From the NCBI GenBank assembly GCA_002633005.1, contig NMRA01000324.1, positions 195,230 through 239,901 of the forward strand: a DNA stretch of 44,672 nt. The letters run 5' to 3'. Source of the DNA: Phoronis australis (lineage: Eukaryota > Animalia > Phoronida). The notes beneath the pieces were generated by a model. It saw only the letters and a program-made list of their open reading frames with translations, searched no databases and was not told where the DNA came from. Positions 21,587 through 36,091 of the stretch are shown piece after piece. Made by a program: the position numbers and the translations under genes. How positions within the stretch are numbered: position 1 is the first letter of the stretch; the number at the start of each line of letters is the position of its first letter.

Positions 21587-23458
21587 GCCGCGCTAGTGTT
21601 CTGTGGCCAAGCTTCAATTGCCAACGGTTTTGTGCATAGAAAAAAGTCTAAAATCGATTTTATTCGCTCAGAAGCGCAAACCCGGAACTGAAAAATAAGT
21701 TTACAAAGCTCTCATCTTTTTATGGCTCACGATTGGACTCTACAAGTTCTGACGCGATCAAAAAAGGCCAACAAACCACAAACAATGAATTGCGCGATAC
21801 TCCCACTGAACGTTAATGAATAGACATTATAAAAACAAGATGTTGAAATGAATATTGTGCCACAAACATTTTAAATGACGTTAATAAAACCAGTATTATT
21901 GTACAAAAACGTTGAATTACAACCATCTTGCGAATAAGCAGATAGGTAAGAGGGTTGTTGAAGCTCTGTTAACAACGAGGACGTACACGTTGAGTATTAA
22001 ATCAATCAAATGAATTCACAATTTACAACTTTGGAAACTTGTTTACTTTGTTATGTGACAAAATGTTCTCTAATTGTGGGTTTAGCGGTTCAAAAGGTTA
22101 TCTTTGTTTTTTGAGTTTGGCAGGCCGGAAAGAAAATTGTCACACTCGGTAGAAACACTAATTAACAGAAGGTGAATCTGATTCGTTTTTAATGTTGTGA
22201 ATTACTTTAGTTGATAAAACTGAACGGCTCATAACGCTTTCCTCATCCAAACTCTGTGTCTCAAAGCTCCTTGATCAGCGCTCCTTTAACTACTTCTGCA
22301 TTCATCTGCTTACACACAATACGACTGCGTCACGAACTACCGTCCTAATTGCCACTCCATGTAACAACTACAATTCCCTTCCACTGGACAGCAAATTTGT
22401 TGACCACAATCCAACGTGTAAGTAACGTCTGTAAGTTGACCTTTGGCCAGGCGAAGATCTTCTGTGTTGTTGTCTCCTCTGCACCATCTCTGCTTCTTGG
22501 TGTTTTAGTATGGAGATATGGATGATGATATGAATAAAGTGGCGCCCACATTTATAGTTGACCACCTTAAAACTAAAACCGGTAATAATTTTCGTTAATG
22601 ACTGGCAATAGTACGGCTACTGACTAACAAAATAATCAGCGGATTCAGAGCTATCAACTCAACTTGGAAAGTTTTCTGACAGGGATAGCATCTACTCGTT
22701 TCTTGTGATTTCGTTTCCAGTATTGCATCTAAGTGATGCCGATTGGTTCAATAACATGCTTGCGAGGAGTGATAACGAAAAACGCCAACCAAGTTATGAA
22801 TGTACTCAGCACTGAATCTCGTCACTACAAGTTCATATTATCAGGGCAATAGGAAGCGACGGGCCGTAAAGCATGTGTCCTCCCAAATTTGCAGGCATCA
22901 AGATTAAATCATCAAAAACACAAAACATTCGTGCTTAGCGCAGAAGTATTAAGACATTCCACTCAAATAACTAAAAATATGAAAAATACAATGAGATTGA
23001 CTGCCATCCAACGGGTGGAATTTTGAACAAGTGAATACCACGATTTGTGAATTACCCAAAAGGATTATTTCCGATGCTTAGTTGTACAATGATACTTAAT
23101 TTTTCCCACAGTATCACAAGAATAGTATTTCTTTTCAGGATCGTTACTAGGAGTTCTTTTTAAGGAACTCGTACATGTCGAAAACACTGTGAAGGCTACG
23201 GTTTGCAATGACCATGTGTTATGGAATGGGGGTACTCAACGTACTTGCAACAATCAACAAAATTTCAGCGTTTTTTGTAGTTCAGCTTTAACCCGTGAAC
23301 CGTTATACATGTAGGTACCTCTGAAATCGCAACAATACATCGAAATACGAATGCCCCGTTTCCAGTCTTCCCCGGGTACCCGTCAAAAATCGGCGAGAAT
23401 GTTTGAGGAAAATGCTTATAACAATCCGTTTCCATGAACAATTTCGTTACATTCTGAA

Positions 23459-23904
23459 TTAGATGTTTATGTATTTACTAAAATCAACAGATTCATGGAT
23501 TAGATTTGCAAATTAGAAGCTAATCTTGTAAGAATTGATGATGTTTCAGTGAACTTGTTTGCAACTTGAAATACCGTATCGGATATCCACGTAGTGAAGT
23601 AGACTTACAGTAGATTATGTTCGCCTATATAGAATAACTCGCAAAGACAAGGGCGACATTCAGACAGATCCCAAATCAAATGACAATAAATGCATTGCAT
23701 TTGACTTAGGTAGAAGATTTGTCGTTGAAACTCACAAACATGACATCTAAGAGAAATTGGTCATTAAATCGAAATAACAGCATTGCTCATGGAATCGATT
23801 GTTGGTTTTTGATTTACATGTTTATGTATCTACGAAGAGCGAATGACTCGTAGATTATTTCTTGACAATTAGAAGCTAATTTTGTAATAAAATACGATGC
23901 TTCA
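23459..23904. repeat. Diverged ~90-bp direct repeat pair
   Basis: ATGTTTATGTAT..AC...GATTA...AATTAGAAGCTAAT(C/T)TTGTAA...GATG(T/C)TTCA at ~23460 and ~23815. Confidence 0.6.
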
Positions 23905-26289
23905 ACAAGGAATTTTGAAACAGCCCCAAATAAAATGAGCATTTCCTGAAACTGGATCATAATAAAATGAATCTTGACCTCAGAGCCAGCACAGACGGTT
24001 AGGAAGGAGATATGAGCTAAGCTACCCGTCTGAAGTGAATCATAGCTGAGTTGACCAACGACTAGCTTTAGTGCATCGAATTTCGCATTTCCACACTGTT
24101 AGATCTCAGCTACAGTTACTTAAGGCAGCTCCCAGCTACCCGCCTGTGCGCTGGTCCCAGACCCATTCTGTCTGAAACTTTGTTGGTTCACGGTTACTCA
24201 AACCCTGATGACTCAGTGCATCCGTTGGGACAGCACCCCCACCTATGGCGGACGTGGGGGATTCGGTTCAAATATGGCGGCATCCGGAGAACGGGGGGAG
24301 GGAGGTGGAACTGGTAGTAAATTTGGTGGTGATAAATCTGGCGAAGTCGAATTGGTTTGTGTCTCACCTACATGTATAACTTTGCCTTTCTACGGCCCTG
24401 ATTAGACACAGTTAGCAGAACTTCGGGCGAGTCTTGTATTAGTTTTTATTTTTTGAATGGAAGCTATAACTTACTTGTATGACCTATGTCATTGGCTGAA
24501 CACATTCATGTATTCAGTGAAAGATCTAGAATGTCAAGAGGGGGTGGGACCCAAGCACAATCTGTAAACGGCAGTTGTTTGCTTCAGGCCCGGAAAGCCC
24601 AAAAACGACACGTTGATGGCGTATAGTTATATCAGACGGATTATAGTAAACACTGACATTCTTATTTATGAGGAATAGTCACATGTGCGAGGTATAAAAC
24701 TCAGGTGACCGTACGTGTACAGAAAATCTATGTTAGTGTGTATCAACAAAATGGAGGGAACTTCAATCACCGGGACCTGCCTGTGAGTCCGCCAAACTTT
24801 AACGGGATTTCAATCAACCCCTGACTACTGAATGGGAGGCAGGAGGTCAAATTGTGAGTGTATTAAGTTAATTAAAGTCATAAGTTTCTATTATTCTCTT
24901 AAGATTAGTCTTATGAGGTTGATATCATAGTGATCACCACTTCCCTGTTGCTTAAGAGGCCTGGAACGTGATTAACAGGCTAAATTGCAATGTTGAAAGT
25001 GGTTCTCTGCCACTAAAACAGACTTCAACCTGCTCACCAATAACTTTAGTTAGAGTTTGTTTGTAATGTATTTTAATGTCTGTTGACATCAAAAGCATTT
25101 TCTTTTAGTTTCAAATTTGCAAAAAAGCGATCTGTCAACTCCTTGGTTAATCATGTCTCTTTGGCAGGGGAAGAAATAGACGTAACACATTTCCCTTACA
25201 CGGAAAATGTGACCTTTTACCTCTAATGACTTTAACTAACTGGATGTGAGCGCATTCGCGCATTTATCATAATTGGGAGGAGATTACAGACTCTGTGATA
25301 ACCACAAAAGACATTTCCATCGAGTGCTTTTCAAAAATAGTAAATTTTGAGCTTTTTCTGGAAATTTTCCACAGGGAAAAGGAGTTTCTCTTCATTAGGC
25401 GTTAAGAGATGGTACTTTCGTCAGGAATTACTTAAAACATATTATTGAAAAGCTACCGTGTTCCATGACTGTCTTACAAGTACGATTTACACTAGCCTTT
25501 TAAAAGCAAGTTCATACAAAGACATGATTTTTCACACGTCGTCTCAATGACGTTCAACATCGGGCTTACGGAGACAATTTTCGAACTTTTTAGCAGATGA
25601 GTCCAGCAAGTGCTAAATAAAACACATTCTGCTTTACTACTTGCGTCCATTTCTTTAGTTACAATGCACACCTAGATCGTTACATTGCGTTAACTTTAGC
25701 AAATGAACTTTGATGACACACACGCGCTCGCTCATTTTTGTCGTGTTGCGGGGTACGATCAAGCGTAGATTTGGACTTACTCTGCGGGTAATCCCGACTC
25801 CACTGGAACTTACAAATCACAGGGACGTTACTTGGAAAATTTAAGGAGGGCTTCGGGTGAGTAATTGAGTTGAAACTGTATCTTTGTTCAATAATTCAAC
25901 TTGCCCTATCGACGATCTCACCGCAGTGACTCATCAGGCGGCGAGTTTTGAACCTGGGATTTCAGCATAATTTTCTAAAAAGTGATCGTAATTTAACAAT
26001 GAAGTTTGATAGAAACTCACCACAGTTTTGTAGAAAGCCTGTCATACGTTACAGATACGTCACAGGGCGTAAATGTGATGATTTCTAGCTTACGGTTTCA
26101 CCGTCTTAGGTTGCGCCTCCCCGAAGCGAATTTTTCTAAGCGCCCTGGACTTTTGTTAGGGCTTATACGGTACCCAAGCTAGAGTGTCAACACCATCAGC
26201 CAGCAGTGTCCACAGGCAATGCAATTACCTGCAGCTGGAAGGTTTCTATGAAAACAACGCTGCTGGATTTTAATGTTCGCGACCTGGTC

Positions 26290-27910
26290 GACTTAAGTTT
26301 GCCAAACCTCATGCTTTTCAAAACTTAAGTTTCTCACGAACATAAATTCTAAAAACTGAACTTGCAAAAAACCTATTCCAAGATACATAAGTTTTTGAAA
26401 CAGCCAAGTTTCAGAATCTTGCGTTTTTCAAAAAATTAGTAAATAAAACAACAAGAATGGATCAACTGAAATTTGAAATTTTCGGAGGTAACAACTTCCT
26501 TTATCAACAAAAACAGAAATAAAGTAAAATCAAACACGAAATGACAATTGACATATAAGATATGGTGTAATGAAAATGATACATTTTTGCGTAAAAAATT
26601 CAATGACATATTTTAAGTTTTTATGTTCAATCCATGAGGTTCTATTGTATTCAGTTTGTNCAAAAAATTAAGTATTTAAGAGCAAGACTTAAGCAAAACT
26701 TAAGTTCTCAAAACAAGAGCTAAAATTCAGCTGAAATTGCAATACGACAAATATTCTGAAAATTGAAATTTACGCTAAATTAAACAAGAGTGGAGTAGAG
26801 TAATACATTTAATATTTGTTATACATCATCCAAAAACAGTAGAGTTTTACTAAGATTCCATACAATGAAGTCAAAACAAAGTCAGGCTAATAACATATTC
26901 ACTGGTGTATCTTTCGCAGTCCTTGACAATATATGAGAATTGAGGGATCAAAAATGGAATGTATAAACAGAAAGCACAAAGTACCAAATCTTGAAACACA
27001 TCCAATGAAGTACTAGGCTACATGCCCAGGAAGGACTACAACAAAAGTCTATGCTGAAATTACACCAATGACACCAGAAATAACACATGGCATAAGATTG
27101 AGAAGCCAGGAATATCCCCAACTGATAGAGAAAAGAGCATAAAATAAAACACAGAACAGGTAACTAACAGTTTGTCCGGAAGAGTTACCAACGTGATTCT
27201 GGGAAAGCAATGACAGGTTGTTCCTGCAATTCCTAGGCAAGAAATGGTGCACTCTTCTGGTCAGGTACAAGTGTCTGATTTGAATACACGCTGGGTATTA
27301 TTGTGCAATTATGCCGCTGTTGGTCGCCAGATATTCCTCTACATTTAGATTTACAAAAAACTGCCATAGTTATTTTTTAAATAAGTCAAGATGTCGTTGT
27401 TTTGTGGCTTGTATTTATATGCATGTTAAGGAAACGTTCGGCAAAACGAATTTGTCCATTTTAAATGGATTCAGTTTTATTAAATACTGGGTTATACGTA
27501 AGTAAACAAGAATTTTTTTCCTGGGAAAAATTGGGAAAACTTCGAGCACTAAGAGTCTAGTATCACACAATATTCAAATTTTCAAAACTTGAAAAAGTAA
27601 GTTTTGATTACATAGAAACCATATAGTTCTCAGAATAGTAGGTTTTCCATACGAAAAACTTTTAAAGTCAGGAAAACGTTTATAATAAGAAAACTTAAAT
27701 TTTGTTAAAAACTTAAAAGTTATCAGAAACACCTAAGTTTTGAAAGCATGAATAACAAGTTAATACTTGAAACTTAAATTTTTATGTGAAAACGTAAGTT
27801 TTGTACCTGAAAAAAACTAAGCTCTCTGAAAAACTTACAATGAGGACGAAAAACTTTAAAAGCTGAACATCTTTTAAAAACCGAGGTTTTTGTAAACACT
27901 TATTTTGAAA
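26290..27910. repeat. AT-rich tracts of degenerate AAAACTTAAGTTTT palindromic motifs (probable subterminal repeats of an old DNA transposon)
   Basis: AAAACTTAAGTT and variants recur at ~26320, ~26695 and densely across ~27580-27910; single N at 26660. Confidence 0.5.
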
Positions 27911-28523
27911 AGGATGTCATTTTTATTTTTTTCTGTCAAATACTTAAGAACTGTAATGGATTGGTTATACTTTTTGTCTTATATTTTTCAAACAAAAAAA
28001 AATTCCTGTCTGCACAAGACACTGTGATTTACCATTTTGAGAGGATATCTATGACTTACTGTTGCAGAAGAGTCTACCAGTCATGAAACAACAGTCACGA
28101 AGTGACCACCACAGACTACTCACACTATAGACGGCATGCCACGAGAGCTCATGTCGTCAAAAGATACATCAAGCGGCAGCAGTGGTTCAGGTCTGCCAGC
28201 AGCTTCAAGTAAATATATCACGTAACATTGTGTAATGATGGTTGTTTCGTCATGCACCAGGTCTGAAAACCATACATGTGGTTTATTGGAATTGAAATCA
28301 CTAAGAACCGTCCATCTAGGAAACATTGGTTATTTCAATGAGCATTTTCAAGAAATTGAAAACATAAATGAATTAACATGAGACGCAGGCGGTATTAGCT
28401 TGACTCCAACATGCGATATAAGAGTAAGAAATACGACACTTGTAACACAAGGCTTTGCATGGGCAAGAAAACTAGGGCATTCAAGGAGAGCGAGGTGAAA
28501 CTTGTAACATTTCAAAATTTGCG

Positions 28524-28656
28524 AGTGGGAAACCTTTCATGTGTGGACATTGTGCTACTGTGTTTGTACAGTCTAGTGGCTTACAAAAACACATGCGAAC
28601 TCACACAAGTGAGAAGCCCTACAAATGTCAACAGCGTGTTACTGGGTTTGCACCAT
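28524..28656 (+). pseudogene. Kruppel-type C2H2 zinc-finger fragment
   Basis: Translates as [43 protein letters not shown]: one intact finger, a TGEKPY-like linker, and a second finger that has lost its ligands. Not in the ORF track. Confidence 0.8.
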
Positions 28657-30037
28657 CAGAGTGTTCAAAGAATTGTTCAGGGCGCCCTTAAGCAGATACA
28701 TTGATATAAAGACCAGTTAAGCACGAGCCTGCAATGCTTCCGTACCAGTGGGACCCACTGAAAATAATATAACAGCCTTGTTATTGGAACATTCCTAGTA
28801 CCTAACCTTAAACAGGTACTCAAATATCAAAGATATTGACGTTTAATCCTGTCCACACCACGACATAACGATGTCTACCTATAAACGTTACAACAACGGC
28901 GTCAGTAATCATAACGAGTTTTAACAGGTTACGTCAAAAATAGAGTTTGTTGATCACGAACCTCATCACCAAGACTGTGAAAACTCTAGATATTAACTAT
29001 TTACTCACGGAAAGTCGAAAACCTGTTGTCTTTCAATTGCTATTTAGTGTGAAAACAATTTGTCAATTTTTTGGGTGACGTGGATATCCTTTTTGGTGGA
29101 AGAATACACTGTATATTAAAAAGTAAAGTACATTGACACATCCTCGCAACTGTATCATTAACGTGACCATTTCCATTTGAAAGGCACATTGACAGCCGAG
29201 TAACGATTTCATTAACACCGCTCACTTCATTTGATACAAAAGCTCAATATGTAATCACAAAATTTACTTATTAATATTGACGAACATATCTAAAGAACCT
29301 GGAGTGTTTTAGCCTGAATTAATCACTCAACAGAGGAAGGGATGGGATGCCAATGAGTCGTTTAAGCGAAGAAACGCAAAAATATGCTTTTACCTTAATT
29401 TTGCATTGAACGGTTGGGAATGGTACTTTTGTACTTCACCTTTTATGTTAGTCCCAACCTTTGCATTATTTCCTGTAGCCGATTATGTGACTTAATTAAA
29501 GAAATAATTCAGAAAGTATTAACATACCTGATTCGAAAGGTATCCAAACAAGTATGAACAAGTATTTCAAAATAGCATGAGATAGGTATATGTCAACAAG
29601 CCTTGTTTAACGTATGGCAAACACTCAACTGCTATCAAAAATAATCTCTTGACTTTTTACATCCTACTCATTTATTCACTCTAGTAGATATTGGCGAAGA
29701 TGGATTGCCGTTCAGCCGTTAGCCAAAGAACTCAATTGTATTTCAAGTGTACAACTATGTACTTCAATAGCACTAACAATGGCAGCAATTCAAACCCGAC
29801 CTCATTGAAACAATGACGAGCATTTTAAATTGAACATTTTTGAAATTACTTCTAACCTGCCTTATATTACTTGCCGTTTGACTCTTCTATACCAAACATT
29901 GTTGACTTACTCGAATAAATGTCAAGTCTTTGCAGTTTTGGTAATTAGTTTTTGGAAAACGCATAAGATCACTACGACTTGTGATATCAACACTGATCGG
30001 TACCATCACCACTTTGTGTCGTCAGTTATCCTATGCT

Positions 30038-30186
30038 CATGGGCGAGACACCATAGGGGGCTGGTGGGTCTATAGCCACCCATTTTTTTCAGTGGTCCTG
30101 CGCACATGGTCCAAGGGCGGTGCATCACAGGGGGAGGGGGGCTGGCTGGCTATAGCCCCGCAATTTTTAGTGCTGCGCCGCCCATG
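30038..30186. mobile_element. Small MITE-like element
   Basis: CATGGGCG ... CGCCCATG termini with two internal GGGGGCTGG..CTATAGCC units. Confidence 0.55.
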
Positions 30187-32257
30187 AAGCTACATCCGAT
30201 TTCTAACTAAACTAGATGTTAGATATTTGTTTCATACGACTGTGAACGGAAGCTCATGTTGGCAGACATTTCAACATACGACGCAAAAACCCTTAATTCG
30301 GTATTTCATGAACTGTGTTTGGTTGCCTCACGGACCTGCGACTATGGTCTACAAATATCCCTTGTCAACAAAAAAATTGTTCTGAAAATCGCATTTGCGT
30401 TTTTCATTTTTTCTGTTTTTCCACATTAATTGTATTTTACAAGGAAGTGTGTTCGCTTCCGAATAATTTTATTCAAGTTGCAAGTGTCACAATAAGTGGT
30501 ACTTCAGGATGAGATGCACGCACGTCAGAGAATCAATGCCGGGGCACGTTCCGTAGCGCTACTCACTGAAGAGGCACTTGCGGAAAAGGAAATAGTTTCT
30601 CCAATTATGTTTTTTCTTTCAACTACACCGATCAGTCACCTCACTGACTGCTATTTTTGCTTGTACTGTAGGAAGGCTTCAGGGCATGTCACAAAGGACT
30701 AGCTTCTCGTTGGTATTACATGATCTTGCCAATGATGTAAGTGGTTTCAGACTGACTCAACGGGGACTCTAGCACATGCAAAGGTAGCGAATCCCCCTTA
30801 CACAAACTTGCTAATCCTGTGATGACAGATTAAAATAATTGGTGAAAGAGTGTAAGTATGAAATTGGTGAGCAGTCAATTACTAACACGCAATGATTGTG
30901 TTCTGTACAAGTCTACACGAACTCTGAATGCAGTTGTTTGATTTGTGATGAAAAGCATGTGGTTTGGGACGTCTGTCAGCTCCACTCACACGAGTGGTTG
31001 TTCTGCGGCACAGCAACAATGTTCGTAAGCATAGAAGTCCAATATAGTGAAACCAAGGTTTCTATTGGACACATCCTCTAAATAGAGAATGGAATACATT
31101 CGCTCATATGAAAAATTCTTTAATTATCATTGACACATTTGTTTTTCAAACGCGTTATTGAATATGAATGCCAATTAATAAGGTTTTTGCTTAATACCCG
31201 TTTTTGACTTAAGTGATTTTAAGATTATCGTACGCAGCTTTCACAGGATTTAACAACACATTATAGTAATGATCCTACTGTGTTCCAACAAATCCTATAC
31301 ATGTTTACCTCAAAAGCTAGGGCTAGAATTCCCCTTACGTTCAACCATCTCAGAATAATTGGTTTGCGAGTATTTTCCGGTATTAATAGGCCTAGCACAT
31401 CAGTTGGAACACGTCATACAAAACAATGAAGAATCCGGCACATTGAAAACAAACCAAAAAGAAAAAGGAAATCATTTGCTTAAACAGCTCCGCAAATGGT
31501 TCGTTCAAACACATCATTCAAGCTGATTCCAGCCAATCAGGATGTGGTACGTCTAAAAACTGCGGCCACCATCTTTGTCTCAATTGGTTACGAGCACAAA
31601 AGAACTGGTTTTACAACTCAGATCAACGTTATACGAAAGAAAACTGCGAACCTCTGATAAAAGCATATGTCAATTGGAAATAGGTCTGAGTAAGAAACTG
31701 AAGGAAACTGATAATCAATAATTATCTCAAATGATTTTAAGATTACGTGGAACATAGATCTTAGTCTTTAGCCGACTACCGAAAAATTGAAAAATTTTAA
31801 ACTGAGTAGTAATAGAAATTTTTTGAAAAATAGAAGTGCTGTCGAAATTGATTGCAGAGTATTAGCAATATGCCTTTAATTGAATGAAGCGACCATGTCC
31901 CCTTATGCAAAAATAACGAAACAGCTAGAAAGTTGCCTATATCAAAAAACAGCACTCAAACGCCAGTATATGCATCATCGTGTGGCTTTGCAATTTTCTC
32001 CAACGTGGTGATTTTCCGAACACAGGCAACATAGAACATGCCGCAATTGTATTTTGTTGCCAAGCTTCAGAGCCCATGATTTTTGCATAAATATGGTATA
32101 AAAAAATCGTGGAATCTTGTAGGCTCAGAAGCCGTTACCAGGAACCCGAATAATCAAACCTCATGGTTAAAAAACCGCTGCGCAATTACACGACGTTATT
32201 TCCATTTTCCCTTAATTCTTAAACTGAATGTGAAACAAACAAGAGCTGGTGAACTGA

Positions 32258-32375
32258 TATTAACCATAATTAATTTGAGAAGAAGGCAACACGACTCAAT
32301 GAAGATAGGTTTCTGAAACGCTACTAGCGCCATCTATACCTGAAACCGTGGAAGCATTATACAGTCCTTACAGTC
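32258..32375. repeat. Dispersed repeat, second copy at ~37463-37562
   Basis: TTAACCATAAT...AAGATA...TCTG(A/G)AACGCT..TAGCGCCATC.AT..CTGAAAC...CATTAT(A/G)CAGTCCTT in both places. Confidence 0.6.
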
Positions 32376-32949
32376 AACATGCCATCTCCTTCACGTAGCT
32401 AGACCCTACAGAAGACTACAAAACAGTGTAGACATACTTAAAAGTACAATTGGTTAAACGCACGACACTTTTCATTGTTCACAGTCTTCATTCCGTTGCG
32501 TTCATACCTTCGGAACAAAACTCTACTTTCAACTGAACATAGATAAAATAACTGACCTAGCGACATAATTAAGACACACGATATTTCGAAATATAATATA
32601 CTTGTTTCATTCTCAAGTGAAGATAAAATGATGCAGTAATGCCACCACAGAGGATAAGCTGATGACACACACAATGGGACACGGCGGGTGTGAAATACTG
32701 CAAGGAATGACGGATGAAGGTGGGTAAATGGAAAGTCACGCAAACAACTCTAACGTGCGGCGCAACCCTGATTGCTCATTCAAAACAGGCTTCTCAAAAG
32801 CAATTAAAAGGGACACTAATCGCAGTACGTCGTGCTTCACGTAACGAATTGACGTGTTTTCCACTCAATGGTCATTGGCTCTGGTCAGTGAATTATTCTG
32901 GCGATTTCCTGTCCCTGGCGTAACACAGCAACGCAAACTGACTATCACC

Positions 32950-34800
32950 TGCAGTTTCATCCAAAACACCACTAGAATTCCTAACACCCTAGTAGAAGTA
33001 TCATTACACAAAGAATCGTCTCCATTATCAGCACACCTTCTTGAGTGCTGAACTCCTTCAGTTCATGCTTATAACTAGATGAATTGGGTACCTTTACTTG
33101 TCGTCAATAATGAAATAAGTGCAACGATTCACATTTGCCCAAAGTCAACACTGTCTTCTTCCAATGGGACATTAGCGAGATGAGACAGGTTCAACGATTC
33201 ACAAGTTTTCACATCGTTAACTACTTGACACTGATGACACGAGCTCTGGGCAGAATTACACGACCAATCCATTTTCGGAAATCATACTTTGTCACGTAAG
33301 GGACACTTGGTCTTTATCAGGCCTTGATGGCCTTCGTCAAGGATGTGGGCACAACAGTACCACGTACTAGACGCAGAACCACCTGGCCGTTGGTGCAGGT
33401 GGGTTCGTTTTGGACCTGACAAAATAGCAACGTGAGCCTCTGCCATGGCTGGATTCTCAAACGGTGCCTTCAAATGTTGCGTGCAAATAGGACAGATCCA
33501 TTCCCATAGTACCATATTTGTTGACGTGGACTCGGCAGTTCATCGCGAGACAATGCATTCGGTAACGACGAGTTCACCATAGCCATCACAAGACTCTCAC
33601 CAGACTTGGATACATGACAGTCGTCAACACATAATGCACTTTCTTTAGGATTCTTCAAACCATCAGTGTGGTACACGGTGACTCATTTCCGAAGCTTTAA
33701 ACGCCAATTGTCCACGCGGACTGACGCAAGTGACGCTTTATGATTTGCTACCTAGAAATGCCTGTCTATCAGGTACGCACAAAAATTATTACATGCCCAC
33801 ACCATGGCCAATGCCTCACGATCTAGATGACAGCCCCTTGATAAAACATGGTACGGTGCTTTGCTCTCATACATGTACGCTAAATCGTGATCGCCTTGGC
33901 AAAGAATTACACTCAGACCATGTGCACTAGCATCAACTATTAGATGCGTATCTTTGCTCAGATCAAAGTAGGCCATCGCTTGCTGCTGGAATTTTGCCCC
34001 ATTGAAAAGTAGACTCCCTTTTGGTCAACACACAAATTGGCTGCACCAAGTTCGCATAGCCGCGAATGAACCTGGAAAATAGTTGGTCATGCCCAACAAA
34101 CTACGGCAAGCACTAACGTTAGCTGGTGGGTCTGACTTCACCTTTAGAGGTTCAAGACCCACACCTTTAAAGGGTCAGGACGCACACGTTCTGCAGCCGA
34201 CAATACACTGCCATGCATTTAACCAACGACATGTGAAACTCGCATTTGTTTTTGTTTAGACGTTTAAGTGGCGCATGAAGATCATTGTCATGTGCTGCTC
34301 CATCCTTACGGAAGAGTGTGTTATCGTCACTGGTGTTCTTTACTCTAGGTTTGCCACTTATAGCCGAGGTAGTAACGTCTTGAAAGTTTACTGCTGAGGC
34401 ATTTATGCCAGATGTCATTCGTTTATAAAGGAATATACTCCGATTTGTAATAAAAACACTACTATAGGGGAATTGTGAAGCTCGATCTGATCATAGCCAT
34501 AGTTAAGTCAACTTTTCTAAAGACAGTTACGTCATTAGGGTCATGAATCAATTCATCGACAGATGGCATCAAATGCCTGTCGCGAAAAATAGCGTTATTC
34601 GGTTCCCTCATGTCAACGCACAGCTGAAAGCTGCATGATTATTTCCGTTCCAGTACGAGAACTAGAGGTCTCACCAGGACGTCGGGCCGCTAGCTGGCTC
34701 AATCATGGCATCCTTCTCCAACAGATCCTGAAGAGAGGCATCGGGGGTAGTGGGATTCGCCGATGAGTGTGCTGTACCGACATCACATTCGGATCAACGT
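32950..34800 (-). pseudogene. pol: Heavily degraded gypsy (Mag-clade-like) pol relic: RT-RH-IN
   Basis: Minus-strand fragments: IEPASGPTSW, LCVDMREPNNAIFRDRHLMPSVDELIHD, GYDQIELH, VKNTSDD, LNKNKCEF, MAYFDLSKDTHLIVDASAHGL, REALAMVWAC, EGHQGLIKTKCPLRDKV, CHQCQ; many frameshifts and stops; no LTRs seen. Confidence 0.85.
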
Positions 34801-36091
34801 CGTTACGCACATGCGTAGTGAAATGAGTATCCCGACTGACTGACCAGCCAGTCGGGATACAGCCGTGCCGTTATCAGTTTGACAGTGTCAAACCAATGCT
34901 TACACAGTCAGATCTTTTATTTTCTGTTTTCATCTGATGCTCACATAATCAAGCAATTATGTTGTAAACAGCGTGCTGACGCTTTCCGATATTTAAAAAT
35001 TCTATTTGCACACGACTTTCAACAAATGTTGTAAAGCAGATGTATGCTGTGTGTAATAGTTTCACCAAAAAACGTCGAGTGTAGAAAAACGGTTGATATT
35101 CAGAGAAATTAGACCTATTATTCTCTGTTGATTCCTTTGTGTGACTGTAATCTGTAACCAGCTTAACAACAGTCTTGTGTACCAATAAGCGTGCTGGACA
35201 AGGTTAATAAAGCGTGATTCTACTATGATCATGATTTTAATGGAAATTTCTTTACGTTTACTCTCCAGGAGAATGGTACGTATCTTGTAATTTATTTTTC
35301 ACGTTTCGCGATTTGACAAGGCCCGTCAACAAATGATGCTACCGGTTAAACATGGCGTATTGATTGCTAACCACGCTATTTCGTTTTATAGAAGTTCCGA
35401 CAATAAAAACGGCACACAGTGTGTGTCGTTTTAATTGCCAGTGTCACTTAACGATCAACTTCGAAGACTGTCCAGCCGATTGCCGTCTCGTCTCGGAATG
35501 TCGAAGTCGATGAAAAAGTTCCAAACACTAGTAAAAGGCTTTGCGGAACCACAGGGGGACACTTGGTAAAACTGGTATTAGGTTGAATCTTGAGAAAACG
35601 AGCAACACCTTGACCACCGTGACATTCAGCGCCATAAATAGCAGACGGCAATCATATTTATTAGCATGCGTATAAGTGGCTGAAACCAACTCAGAAGCGT
35701 AGCCGAGTTCGTCATCGTCAGTGTTTTATAGCCTAAACTAAACGTTAGGGTTGATCCCCTGAACGTTTTGATTTTTGCGTTTGTTCTGGCAACTGTTTAC
35801 AAAATGTCCGTATTCGCTTTGATTCTTACATTTTATTCCTCTCAAAGGAAACCGACCTACATGTACGTGGGGCCAGTCATCATCACTTTTGAAGCATTTA
35901 GAGAAAGTCACCTGGGTCTAGCGCTCGCCAGATTGTTTTACAAGCAAAGCCTGCAATGATTCCTCCATACACTGTATTTGACCTCTAGAGCACAAGCCTC
36001 ATCAATCATAAATGTAGCTTTTAATGTCAGGTCAGGTGTTTTCAGAACCATACACCGAAGTTTCTTAGTGACAAGCCACTGTATTACTTGA

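Noticed and set aside
22230-22570. Possible minus-strand exon upstream of the receptor ORF (TTTTAG acceptor-like sites at ~22567-22575)
   Set aside because: No recognisable domain and stops in the frames examined; could be a UTR exon or relic but cannot be supported.
24208-24405. Gly-rich 65-aa ORF / G-rich promoter-like patch
   Set aside because: Low complexity with a single YY1-like motif; insufficient evidence for either call.
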